This document shows positions 38,036 to 47,234 of a stretch of DNA of 64,000 bases, piece after piece. A program made the translations under genes and the position numbers. The DNA comes from an uncultured Planctomycetales bacterium (GTDB lineage: Bacteria > Omnitrophota > Gorgyraeia > Zapsychrales > JANLHA01). The notes below the pieces were generated by a model. The model worked only from the letters and a program-made list of their open reading frames with translations. It searched no databases and was not told the origin of the DNA. The number at the start of each line of letters is the position of its first letter. The first letter of the stretch is position 1. The stretch lies in NCBI GenBank assembly GCA_964489065.1, contig CAZAXH010000003.1, positions 127,104 to 191,103 of the forward strand. The letters are read 5' to 3'.

Positions 38036-39625
38036 ATGAAAGGAAATAATGATTTTATATTTTTGTGTCGGGTTTGTTTTTGGTCCCTTGTTGTTGTGTC
38101 GCTGTCCGTTTTGCCATCCCTCACGTTTGCCGCGTTGTCCAGTGTGCCCGATCCCTCGGCCCCGCATAAATTATTCAGTCCTGTCATAAGTGTGGAAAAC
38201 CTCCCTGTGGTTAAAGAGCCGGTCAGGGGCTTGAGCCTTGAGCAGGTGGAGGAGGTCCGCGCACTGTTTAAAAACGAACGGTTTGGCGCGCTGAGCGTCA
38301 TGATGGATAAATATCTGGCCGTGATCGAATCCGATCCGGCCGATGAGTTTTTGATTCATGATTTTCTCTCGATTTTTTCGGAGCCATCCCCTGACTGCGA
38401 GCGCTTGCTTCTTAAATGGAAAGAAACGTTCCCGTATAACTACCAGCCGTATTTGGCCTTGGCCCAGTATTATCATCAGCGGGGATGGGAAAACCGCGGG
38501 TCCAAAATTGTCCAGGAACCTTCGAATGAGCAGTTTCAGAAAATGGAGGACTGTTTTCAGCAAGCAGAGGAAAATATTAAAAAGGTTTTAAAAATGAAGC
38601 CTAATTTGTTGCCCGCGCATGGAATGTTAATCAGCCTTTATGGCGTTTCCAGGCCCGACCGGGAGAAGGAACTGATTACTGCGCGCGCGCTTGAATTGTT
38701 TCCCCATTCTTATCTTATCCGGAAAGAGATCGTGTCTTCGCAAACGCCGCGATGGGGCGGAAGCTATGAACAGATGCAGTCGGTCGCCCGGGATGCGGAG
38801 CCATATAATCGTATCAACCCGAACATGACGAAATTGTATGGTTATATATATGAAGATCAGGCGTGGTATCTGAAGCGGGCCCAGCAATATGATAAGGCGA
38901 TCGACCTGCTGCGGGACGCCTTGGCTTTTGGAGAACGCGCAGCCCTTCATGAGCAGATCGCGGAAATATATTATTATAATTTTAAAGATTCCCCCCGGGC
39001 TTTGGAGGAAATTAACGAAGCAGTCCGGCTCGGCCTGGGAGCATCCTGTTATCTTCTTCGTTCAAAAATATATTATAAGTTGGAAGATTATGCAAATTCG
39101 CTGCGTGATCTGGAAACGGCAATCCGGGTCGATCCATTTTATGACGAAGCGGGGAAATGGGCCCGGGGGGCCGGCCGGGACTTGATGCTTCAGGGGCAGG
39201 AAAAATATAAGTCCAGGCATGTGCGGGCCGCGATTGGCTTGTTTAATGTGTCCCTGAAATTTAATGACCGGGATTACGAAACATTTTACTGGCGGGGGAA
39301 GGCTTTTTTTGACAAAGGGGACGCGGGAGCCGCACTTAAAGATTTTGAGCAGGCGCTGGCCTTGAACCCCGGGGATTTTCAGTCCGTCAGCATGATCAGT
39401 GATATCGCCAGTTCTGAAAGGCAGTTTGATTACAGCCTCGGCTACTGGGAGCGGTTCCTGAAGCTAGAACCAAAGCACGCAGGAGCTTATCTTAAGCGGG
39501 CCAGGGTGTATTACTATAAAAATGATTTTGAGAGTTGTTTGAAAGATTTAAACCAAAGTTGCCGCTTGGGGAACCGGGAAGCGTGCACCCGGATTAATAA
39601 TGTTAAAACCAAGGGCAGGTTCTAA
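38036..39625 (+). CDS. Exported TPR-repeat protein
   Basis: Signal peptide; multiple TPR-like helical repeats (e.g. ALAQYYHQRGW, YYKLEDYANSLRDLETAIRVDP, FYWRGKAFFDKGDAGAALKDFEQALALNP). Confidence 0.65.
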   Translation: MKGNNDFIFLCRVCFWSLVVVSLSVLPSLTFAALSSVPDPSAPHKLFSPVISVENLPVVKEPVRGLSLEQVEEVRALFKNERFGALSVMMDKYLAVIESDPADEFLIHDFLSIFSEPSPDCERLLLKWKETFPYNYQPYLALAQYYHQRGWENRGSKIVQEPSNEQFQKMEDCFQQAEENIKKVLKMKPNLLPAHGMLISLYGVSRPDREKELITARALELFPHSYLIRKEIVSSQTPRWGGSYEQMQSVARDAEPYNRINPNMTKLYGYIYEDQAWYLKRAQQYDKAIDLLRDALAFGERAALHEQIAEIYYYNFKDSPRALEEINEAVRLGLGASCYLLRSKIYYKLEDYANSLRDLETAIRVDPFYDEAGKWARGAGRDLMLQGQEKYKSRHVRAAIGLFNVSLKFNDRDYETFYWRGKAFFDKGDAGAALKDFEQALALNPGDFQSVSMISDIASSERQFDYSLGYWERFLKLEPKHAGAYLKRARVYYYKNDFESCLKDLNQSCRLGNREACTRINNVKTKGRF

Positions 39626-40023
39626 CATTATGAAAACAGGGCTGTTTAAAGCCTGATACGGGGTTATCTGGGGCTTGTGGCCTATTGGAATATGGAAAAC
39701 AAATTTACAAAACAGGTTATATTTATATCTTTTTTTGTGATTTTCATGTACTATATTGCCAATATTGCCTAAGATTCGGCGAATGATAACTAACAGGATA
39801 GAGCAGAGAAAGGACTTCTTTCGAAAGCATTGTTGATAGTCGCGGATGGTCTTGGGGGTTGGTGTTGGGTGGTCAACGGCACGGAGGGTATGGCCGGCCG
39901 TAAACGTCAGCCAATCTTTGTTTGGACTGACGATCGTTGCGGCAGAGTTTTGCCCTAATGGGCCGCGTTGGTTGTTACCGTGGGCAAAAAGAGAAAGAAT
40001 CCTGTAAAAGGAAAAATTTATCA

Positions 40024-41400
40024 ATGACAAGAAATATATTCAATCATAAACCAGAGGCGCTGATTTTTTATAGCTTCCTCTTGGCGATTTTGATCGGTAC
40101 AGTATTGCTGAAGCTGCCTTTTTCCAGCAAGAATAACCCTTTGCCGTGGATTGACGCGCTGTTTATGGCAACGTCCGCTGTTTGTGTTACAGGACTAAGC
40201 GTCGTGGATGTGGGGATGGGCCTGACTTTATTCGGTCAGATTGTTATTTTGTCCCTCATTCAATTTGGCGGATTAGGCATCATGACGTTTTCTTTGTTGT
40301 TTCTTATTTCTATCGGGAAACGGATATCGTTGCATTCCCAGCTTTGTATTCAGGATTTATCGCAGGATATGAGTTTTAGGAATATCCAATATTCGGTATT
40401 TTTGATTTTGGGGATGACGCTCATCATTGAATTTGTCGGGGCGGGGTTATTGTTTTTTAATCTTCGGCCATATCATCCATTACCGTTTGCTGTCTATAGT
40501 TCGATCTTCCACTCGGTTTCGGCTTTCTGTAATGCCGGTTTCAGCCTCTACTCGGATAGTCTGATAGGATTTTCTAAAAATCCGCCTATTATGCTTATTT
40601 TGATGTTTTTAATTATTTTGGGAGGATTGGGATTTATCGTTATTTATGAAGTAGTTAGAATTTTGATGAATAAAACCAGGGACAACAAAAAAATTGCCAT
40701 GAGTTTACACTCCAGAATTGCTTTGACCGGGAGTGTTTTTTTTGTCTTTGGGGGAGCCTTGATCATTTGGTTTCTTGAGAGCCGGGGAACGATGCGCAGC
40801 CTGCCGATAGCATATCAGATTCTTAACTCTCTCTTTTTGTCTGTGACGTCCCGTACGGCGGGTTTTAATACGATTGACACGGCTATGTTATCCAATCCAA
40901 CTCTTTTTTTGGTGATATTTCTTATGTTTATCGGCGCGTGTCCGGGGTCGACAGCCGGCGGGATAAAAATACACACATTTTTATCCGTTGCGGCCCTTGT
41001 CCGCAACAAGCTCAAAGGGCTTGAGATGGCGAGCTTGTTTAAACGGAAAATACCGGAGGCTATCGTCGACAGGGCGTTAACGATATTTATTTCATCCTGT
41101 CTGTTGATATTGATTGCCGTTTTCCTGCTGCAGATGGCCGAGAACCTATCGATTTCGCATACAAAGGTAAATCCCCAAGAAGACTTTCTGGATACACTCT
41201 TCGAAGCCGTGTCGGCCTTTGGGACAGTGGGGTTATCAACTGGCATAACGACATATTTATCTCCTTGGGGCAAGATAATCATAGTCTTCCTGATGTTTAT
41301 CGGCCGTATAGGTCCGCTGACTTTAGGCATAGCGTTACAGACCAGACAAAGCCGTAAGGTGGTTTATGGATTTCCAAACGAAGAAATTGTAGTAAGTTGA
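40024..41400 (+). CDS. ktrB: KtrB/TrkH-family K+ transporter membrane subunit
   Basis: 459 aa, four MPM-type repeats with selectivity-filter-like glycine motifs (LIQFGGLGIMT, FNAGF, AGFNT, GTVGLSTG). Confidence 0.8.
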   Translation: MTRNIFNHKPEALIFYSFLLAILIGTVLLKLPFSSKNNPLPWIDALFMATSAVCVTGLSVVDVGMGLTLFGQIVILSLIQFGGLGIMTFSLLFLISIGKRISLHSQLCIQDLSQDMSFRNIQYSVFLILGMTLIIEFVGAGLLFFNLRPYHPLPFAVYSSIFHSVSAFCNAGFSLYSDSLIGFSKNPPIMLILMFLIILGGLGFIVIYEVVRILMNKTRDNKKIAMSLHSRIALTGSVFFVFGGALIIWFLESRGTMRSLPIAYQILNSLFLSVTSRTAGFNTIDTAMLSNPTLFLVIFLMFIGACPGSTAGGIKIHTFLSVAALVRNKLKGLEMASLFKRKIPEAIVDRALTIFISSCLLILIAVFLLQMAENLSISHTKVNPQEDFLDTLFEAVSAFGTVGLSTGITTYLSPWGKIIIVFLMFIGRIGPLTLGIALQTRQSRKVVYGFPNEEIVVS

Positions 41401-41414
41401 AGGAGGGGTGTTAT

Positions 41415-42074
41415 ATGAAAAATATATTAATTATTGGTCTCGGCCATTTTGGTTGCGCACTTGTGGAAGAATTGAGCAAGAATTCTGTGGAGATTATTGC
41501 TATTGAAGAAGACCAGGCGAAGGCGGACCTTGTCAAGGACAAGGTTGAGCAGGTTGTTGTGGCGAATGCGGCCAATAGGGAGCTTTTATTAAAATTTACC
41601 AAGAATATTGATTGCGCGATTGTCTGCATAAGTGAAAAAATAGACAGCAGTGTGCTGGTAACATATCATTTAAAGGAAATAGGCATAAAGAAGATTATCG
41701 CCAAAGCAACGACGATCGCTCATGGGGAAATTTTAATGTCCATAGGAGCCAGCGAGATTATTTATCCTGAAGAAGAGACGGCTAAAAGGATAGCGAGAAA
41801 TCTTGTCTCCCCGGATATTTTGGATGCGATTAGATTGTCGGATGATTTTGATATTATCGAATCCCCGGTCCCGGAGAAATTTTTGATGAAATCCATAAGA
41901 GATCTACAGTTGCGCAATAAATATGGCATTGACATATTGGCCGTGAAAAATCCTCTCACCGGCCAGACTAAAATCATGCCGCCTTCTGATTATGAATTTC
42001 GACCCGATGATGTCCTGATTTTTATAGGAGAGGCTGGCTCGATTAACAAATTAAATAAACTCCAGGAACCATAA
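41415..42074 (+). CDS. ktrA: KtrA/TrkA-family K+ transporter NAD-binding (RCK) subunit
   Basis: Rossmann IIGLGHFG motif (TrkA-N) plus TrkA-C; 220 aa; AGGAGG RBS; overlaps the ktrB stop. Confidence 0.8.
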   Translation: MKNILIIGLGHFGCALVEELSKNSVEIIAIEEDQAKADLVKDKVEQVVVANAANRELLLKFTKNIDCAIVCISEKIDSSVLVTYHLKEIGIKKIIAKATTIAHGEILMSIGASEIIYPEEETAKRIARNLVSPDILDAIRLSDDFDIIESPVPEKFLMKSIRDLQLRNKYGIDILAVKNPLTGQTKIMPPSDYEFRPDDVLIFIGEAGSINKLNKLQEP

Positions 42075-42379
42075 GGATATGGGGAAAGGAAGAAGTAGGT
42101 GCCAGGCCCCAAAAGGGGACAGGGAGTAAGTAATATTGATAAAGAATGCAATTGATGGAAAGAACATTGTTTTCCATTATCGTCATGTCAATCCCTTTTT
42201 GCTGGTTGCGTTACTCCTTCGGCGTCTGCGTGCCCCGGGTATTTTTATCCTTTTTTTAGAATTATGTCCGGGTATGACCCGTATTGTCACGTTGACGGGA
42301 AAGGGAGGCGTTGGTACAATAACATTTGTTCAGGAAGAGACGGCCTGCGTCTGAATCATTGGCGGAAAGGGTTTTTATA

Positions 42380-42709
42380 ATGAAATTTGGGATTCGCCTT
42401 TTTTGCACGATTTATAATATTTTAGGCCTGCTGGGGCTCAGTGCCTGCGTGTCCAGCGCGGCGGCCCTGTCCCGTTCCCGCAGCCTGGTGATCGGCGAGG
42501 CGGATATGATGCAGATTGTCGCTTATATCGTCGCGGTGCTGTTTTTCTTCTCGGCGTTTCTGCTGATGAAAAGAAAAACCTCCGGATTTCTTCTCCCTAT
42601 TTTTTTGCTTGCCTTTTTTGTGTCCGGAGGGTTTGTCGTCCTTCTGCCTCTTCTGGCGGGGCATATTCTGTTTTTTACCCGCCCCCGCATCAAAGCGCAA
42701 TTTCATTGA
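42380..42709 (+). CDS. Small hypothetical membrane protein (about 3 TM)
   Basis: Hydrophobic 109-aa ORF from Met 42380; no conserved motifs. Confidence 0.4.
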   Translation: MKFGIRLFCTIYNILGLLGLSACVSSAAALSRSRSLVIGEADMMQIVAYIVAVLFFFSAFLLMKRKTSGFLLPIFLLAFFVSGGFVVLLPLLAGHILFFTRPRIKAQFH

Positions 42710-42866
42710 TTTTGTCCTGCGCTTCATCCGGGAACCGCCCGGGCTTCCTGAGTGTCATTGTTTTATTTCATGGAAAAACTGCGGCGCAGGCGCCTTTCCT
42801 TTGTTAAACTAAAGCAAGAAGGGAAACAGGTTTTTCGGGTGTTTGTGTTAACCTAAAGGAGGCCCC

Positions 42867-43391
42867 ATGATTGATCTATTGAGAAAGCGGCGGAGCGTGC
42901 GTGCATATTTGAACCAGCCGATCGAGCCGGAAAAGGTGAGCATCCTGAAAGAGGCTTTGCTGCGGTCTCCGTCGTCGCGTGACATTCAGCCTTGGATGTT
43001 TATTTTTGTGGAAGAGGAGAATGTGCTGAGCCATCTTTCCCGGGTGAAAGTCCACGGCTCCGCATTTTTAGCCGGCGCGCCGATGGGCATAGTGGTTTTG
43101 GGCGACGAATCTGCTTCGGATGTATGGATAGAAGATTGCTCTGTCTCGTCGGTGGTCGTCATGTTAACTGCGACGTCTTTGGGGTTGGGCAGCTGCTGGG
43201 TGCAAATCCGCAATCGCCAGCATTCTCCTTCGGAAAGCGCCGAGAATTATATCCGCAAAATTCTGCGCATCCCGGAAGAATTCCGGGTGGAATCTATTAT
43301 CGCCGTCGGGTATCCGGATGAAGAAAAAAGCGGGATCCCTTTGTCCGAACTGCGTTTTGATAAAATCAAAACCGGGATGTTTTCTGATTAA
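42867..43391 (+). CDS. Nitroreductase-family protein
   Basis: 174 aa; nitroreductase fold (RRSVRAY N-terminus, GLGSCWV motif). Confidence 0.7.
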   Translation: MIDLLRKRRSVRAYLNQPIEPEKVSILKEALLRSPSSRDIQPWMFIFVEEENVLSHLSRVKVHGSAFLAGAPMGIVVLGDESASDVWIEDCSVSSVVVMLTATSLGLGSCWVQIRNRQHSPSESAENYIRKILRIPEEFRVESIIAVGYPDEEKSGIPLSELRFDKIKTGMFSD

Positions 43392-43595
43392 AGCATATCA
43401 GACGGGGCAGGGGTTGCCATGACAGGCGGGCGTCTTTTAAGCGAAAAAATATTCGTCTTCGCAGGAGACCCCAGGCGGACTGCGGATGAATGCGAGAGGG
43501 CAATGGCCAAAGGAAATTTTGCATAAAATAATATTTTGTCGTATATTAATTTAATTGCAGAAACGGGCCATGGGCCCCAAGAACAGGGAGTCGCT

Positions 43596-44843
43596 ATGCC
43601 AAAAAAACGGAACGCCGAGGCCGCTTTAAACATCTCTCATGCGGAAGAGCTGAAGATATTACGACAGATCGTCGATATAACATCTGCGGAGATGGACCTG
43701 GCGCGGACGCTGAAAGAGGTCGTTGGAATTGTCAACGACACGACCCAGGCGGATTCGGTTTTTATCTATCTTTTTGACGAAAGAAAAACAAATTTAACCT
43801 TAATGGCCTCCAAGCTGCCGCACAAAAAAATGCTGGGGCATCTTGTCCTGAAAGTTGGGGAGGGCATTACCGGGTGGGTGGCCCAGGAAAATAAGCCAGT
43901 GGCCATCAGCCAGAACGCCTGCCAGGACGCCCGGTTCAAGAATTTTGATGTTTTGCCGGAAGACCGATATGAAGCCTTCCTGTCCGTCCCTATTGTTTAT
44001 AAGGGGAAGGCGATCGGGGTTATTAATGTCCAGCATAAAAAGCCGCATAATTACAGTGCTCAGACGGTCAATATTATCTGCACGATCGCCAAGCAGGTCG
44101 GGGGGGTGATTGAACACGCTGTTCTTTATGAGCACATTAAGCAGAAAGCCAAGCAGTTTGACAGCCTGGTTAAAGTGAGCCAGTCGATCACTTCGGAAAA
44201 TTATCTGGATGAAATTTTAAACCTGATCGTTGTGGTGACAGCGGAGATGCTGAATTCCAAAATTTGTTCGATCCTCCTTTTGGATGACAGGAAAGAAAAG
44301 GAGCTTGTGATTAAAGCCACGCAGAGTTTGAGTGAGGAATATAAACAGAAACCGAACCTGAATGTGGACCGCAGCCTTTTGGGGGAGGTGATTAAATGCA
44401 AGAAACCGTTGGTGTGTCAGGATGTCCGGCAGGAACAGAAATATTTTTATCGCGACCTGGCGGTGAAAGAAAACCTGACTTCGATGATTGCGGTCCCCAT
44501 GATTGTTAAAGATACCGCGATCGGGGTAATCAATGTATATACCAAAGAGCCGCATGTGTTTACGGATGAGGAAATAGGGGTTTTGCAGATGGTGGCTAAC
44601 CAGGCGGCGGTCGCGGTGGAAAATACCAAGTTGATGCAGGAAGCCCTTAAGGCTAAAGAGGCCCTGGAAACGCGTAAACTTGTCGAGCGAGCTAAAGGCA
44701 TTTTGATGCGCATGAACAATCTTTCCGAGCAGGCCGCGTACCGGTTGATCCATAAAAAGAGCATGGATACCTGCCGTTCCATGAAGGAGATTGCGGAATC
44801 CGTTATTCTCATGGATGAATTGAGCTCCGCAAGCTCCTCATAA
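43596..44843 (+). CDS. GAF-GAF-ANTAR RNA-binding antitermination regulator
   Basis: Two GAF domains followed by a C-terminal ANTAR motif (KLVERAKGILMRMNNLSEQAAYRLIHKKSMDTCRSMKEIAESVI); directly upstream of the amt leader. Confidence 0.75.
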   Translation: MPKKRNAEAALNISHAEELKILRQIVDITSAEMDLARTLKEVVGIVNDTTQADSVFIYLFDERKTNLTLMASKLPHKKMLGHLVLKVGEGITGWVAQENKPVAISQNACQDARFKNFDVLPEDRYEAFLSVPIVYKGKAIGVINVQHKKPHNYSAQTVNIICTIAKQVGGVIEHAVLYEHIKQKAKQFDSLVKVSQSITSENYLDEILNLIVVVTAEMLNSKICSILLLDDRKEKELVIKATQSLSEEYKQKPNLNVDRSLLGEVIKCKKPLVCQDVRQEQKYFYRDLAVKENLTSMIAVPMIVKDTAIGVINVYTKEPHVFTDEEIGVLQMVANQAAVAVENTKLMQEALKAKEALETRKLVERAKGILMRMNNLSEQAAYRLIHKKSMDTCRSMKEIAESVILMDELSSASSS

Positions 44844-44944
44844 AAAGATGTCTTGAGGGCTCCGGAGAAACAGGAAACCGGGGGGCGCGTGGCTGTTGTT
44901 CGTCGTCGGAAATGTAGGGATTTTTTGCTGAAAATAAAAATACC

Positions 44945-44973
44945 TTGACAAAAGATTGCGGAAATATTATATT
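44945..44973 (+). promoter_or_regulatory. Sigma70-type promoter for the amt operon (TTGACA-17-TATATT)
   Basis: TTGACA 44945-44950, 17-nt spacer, TATATT 44968-44973. Confidence 0.55.
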
Positions 44974-45013
44974 TTAACCAGACCATTGACGGTTTATCAT
45001 AACGGGCAAAGAA

Positions 45014-45046
45014 GTCCGGATTCTGTATAAGACTCCGGGCTTTTTT
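45014..45046 (+). terminator. Leader intrinsic terminator T1 upstream of amt (7-bp stem with G·U, 13-nt loop, T6)
   Basis: gtccgga/tccgggc pairing 45014-45020/45034-45040 followed by ttttttattttt. Confidence 0.55.
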
Positions 45047-45063
45047 ATTTTTGGGCATTGATG

Positions 45064-45103
45064 TCCTCTTCATGGCAGGTGTTCTGCGGAAGAGGATTTT
45101 TTT
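45064..45103 (+). terminator. Leader intrinsic terminator T2 upstream of amt (8+4-bp interrupted stem, T7)
   Basis: tcctcttc/gaagagga 45064-45071/45089-45096 with inner gcag/ctgc, followed by ttttttt 45097-45103. Confidence 0.65.
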
Positions 45104-45232
45104 ATGTTTAAAGAGTGGACACAGGGGTCCATCACGAGCAAAGACAGCTTGCGGGTCCGTTGGCGGGGCAGAGTACTTTAATAAAAAAGACGTTGGGTCC
45201 GGGGCAGTCCCGGATCAAGAGGAGGAAAAGAC

Positions 45233-46621
45233 ATGTTTGGAAAAAAGATGAAGACTCTCCCTGTGCTCGCGATTGTCCTGGGTCTTGGGATGATGCTTTG
45301 CGCTGGCTCAGGAATGGCGGAAGAGCCGACCGTAGCCGGTAACGCTGCGGCTTTGGCTGAAAAAAGTGTGGCCCTGGACACCGTGTGGACGCTTATCGCC
45401 GGAATGCTGGTCATGTTCATGCAGGCCGGGTTTGCGATGGTGGAAACCGGGTTTACCCGGGCAAAGAATGCCTGCAATATTATGATGAAAAATTTGCTTG
45501 ATTTTACGGTTGGTGCGGTTATTTACTGGGCTATTGGCTTTGGGATTATGTTTGGGGCCGGGAATTTGTTCTTTGGGACAAGCGGATTTTTCCTGGCTGA
45601 TAGCGGAAGCACGTTTGCTTCTTTAGATTGGAGCAGCGTTTCCTTGGCGTGTAAATATTTCTTTCAGATGGTGTTTGCCGCGACCGCCGCGACGATTGTT
45701 TCCGGGGCCATGGCGGAACGCACTAAATTTTCTGCTTATTTGGTATACAGCGTGGTGATCAGCGCGTTGATTTATCCTGTCGTTGGCCATTGGATATGGG
45801 GCGGCGGCTGGCTGGCGGGAATAGGAATGTGGGATTTTGCCGGGTCAACGGTTGTGCATTCCACAGGGGCCTGGATGGCGCTGGTGGGGGCGATTATGTT
45901 GGGCCCGCGGCTGGGAAAATATCGTGCCGACGGCACTTCCAACGCGATCCCAGGGCATAATATCCCGCTGGCGACCCTGGGGGTTTTTATTCTCTGGTTT
46001 GGGTGGTATGGCTTTAACCCCGGAAGCACGATGGCGGCCGTTCCGGCTATTGGGCATATCGCCATGACGACAACGATTGCCGCGGCGGTCGGCGTTAACG
46101 TGGCGATGGTGACATCCTGGTTTATGTTTTCTAAACCGGATATTTCTATGGCGTTAAACGGTGGGCTGGCAGGCCTGGTGGCGATCACGGCCGGGTGCGC
46201 CTTCGTGTCTCCGGGCAGCGCGGCGTTGATTGGACTGGTGGCCGGTGTCCTGGTTGTCCTGTCCGTGGTTATGCTCGACAAAGTTTTTCATATTGATGAT
46301 CCGGTCGGGGCCGTGTCAGTTCACGGGGTTTGCGGTATCTGGGGCACCCTGGCGGTCGGGCTTTTTGCGCAGGACGTTTTTTCTCCGGGGACGACCGGAA
46401 ACGGGTTGTTTTTCGGCGGAGGAATAAAGTTGTTTATGTCTCAGTTAGCCGGCGTGGGCGCAGTCATGGTTTGGTGTCTTGTTACCGGAATTGTCCTTTT
46501 CTCGGTTATTAAAGCGACAATCGGATTACGGGTGAGTAAAGAAGAAGAATTGCGGGGCCTGGATATTGATGAGCATGGCATGGAGGCTTATTCCGGGTTC
46601 CAGATTTTTACAACGGAATAG
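45233..46621 (+). CDS. amt: Ammonium transporter (Amt family), copy 1, with signal peptide
   Basis: Amt/MEP signature regions ([42 protein letters not shown]); 462 aa. Confidence 0.9.
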   Translation: MFGKKMKTLPVLAIVLGLGMMLCAGSGMAEEPTVAGNAAALAEKSVALDTVWTLIAGMLVMFMQAGFAMVETGFTRAKNACNIMMKNLLDFTVGAVIYWAIGFGIMFGAGNLFFGTSGFFLADSGSTFASLDWSSVSLACKYFFQMVFAATAATIVSGAMAERTKFSAYLVYSVVISALIYPVVGHWIWGGGWLAGIGMWDFAGSTVVHSTGAWMALVGAIMLGPRLGKYRADGTSNAIPGHNIPLATLGVFILWFGWYGFNPGSTMAAVPAIGHIAMTTTIAAAVGVNVAMVTSWFMFSKPDISMALNGGLAGLVAITAGCAFVSPGSAALIGLVAGVLVVLSVVMLDKVFHIDDPVGAVSVHGVCGIWGTLAVGLFAQDVFSPGTTGNGLFFGGGIKLFMSQLAGVGAVMVWCLVTGIVLFSVIKATIGLRVSKEEELRGLDIDEHGMEAYSGFQIFTTE

Positions 46622-46627
46622 TCAGAC

Positions 46628-46654
46628 GGGGGCGTCGGGTCTCCCGACGCCCCC
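46628..46654 (+). other. GC-rich perfect hairpin (11-12 bp) between amt1 and the PII gene, no U-tract
   Basis: gggggcgtcggg/cccgacgccccc inverted repeat; read directly. Confidence 0.6.
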
Positions 46655-46704
46655 GGGACAGTGATATAAAAAGACGATTTAAATACGATAAGGAGGAATG
46701 TCCC

Positions 46705-47046
46705 ATGAAATTAATTATTGCCATGATTCAGCCGCATAAGTTGCCGGATGTGAAAAAAGAGCTTTTTGCTGCGGATGTCCATAAAATGACAGTGACAAAT
46801 GTTCTCGGTTGTGGTCAGCAGAAAGGGTATAACGAAACATACCGGGGTGTTGTACACGAGGTGAATTTGCTGAAGAAAGTCCGTTTGGAAATCGCGGTTA
46901 ATGAAAATTTTGTTAAGCCGACGATTGACGCGATTATCCGCGGCGCCAAGACGGGCAAGATCGGAGACGGCAAGATATTTGTACTCGATTTGCCGGAATG
47001 CATCCGGGTCCGAACCGGGGAAAGAGGAAGCGAAGCCATAGGATGA
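46705..47046 (+). CDS. glnK: PII-family nitrogen regulatory protein (amt-linked, divergent T-loop)
   Basis: 113 aa PII fold ([13 protein letters not shown]...[14 protein letters not shown]...GDGKIFV); sits between two amt genes. Confidence 0.75.
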   Translation: MKLIIAMIQPHKLPDVKKELFAADVHKMTVTNVLGCGQQKGYNETYRGVVHEVNLLKKVRLEIAVNENFVKPTIDAIIRGAKTGKIGDGKIFVLDLPECIRVRTGERGSEAIG

Positions 47047-47076
47047 TGGAGCGTAAGGCGTCTCCCCATGATTCAA

Positions 47077-47199
47077 TGAGCATTTAGTTTGCACGACCGA
47101 AGGGAGTGAGCCCAAGCGAACGAGTCAAAGGATGTTGGTTTAATACCCAGCAGCTTGCTGCGGTTCATTGAGTCCAGAGCTTGCTCTGGGGTTTATACC
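47077..47199 (+). repeat. R1 repeat copy C, between glnK and amt2
   Basis: Shares the 5' block (gagcatttagttt.cacgacc.aagggagtg), the middle block (agcgaacgag.c.aaggatg.tggtttaatacc) and the 3' block (agcttgct...ggttcatt...agcttgctctggggtttata) with copies A and B. Confidence 0.75.
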
Positions 47200-47234
47200 T
47201 TGATTGGATCAGGACATAACATAAGGAGGGAAGT

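Noticed and set aside
44975-45070. Canonical closely spaced ANTAR dual-hexaloop hairpin pair in the amt leader
   Set aside because: Two A-x-x-G hexaloop hairpins exist but are about 60 nt apart with terminator T1 between them, and I could not find a second partner hairpin adjacent to either. The ANTAR-target idea is reported only as a hypothesis.
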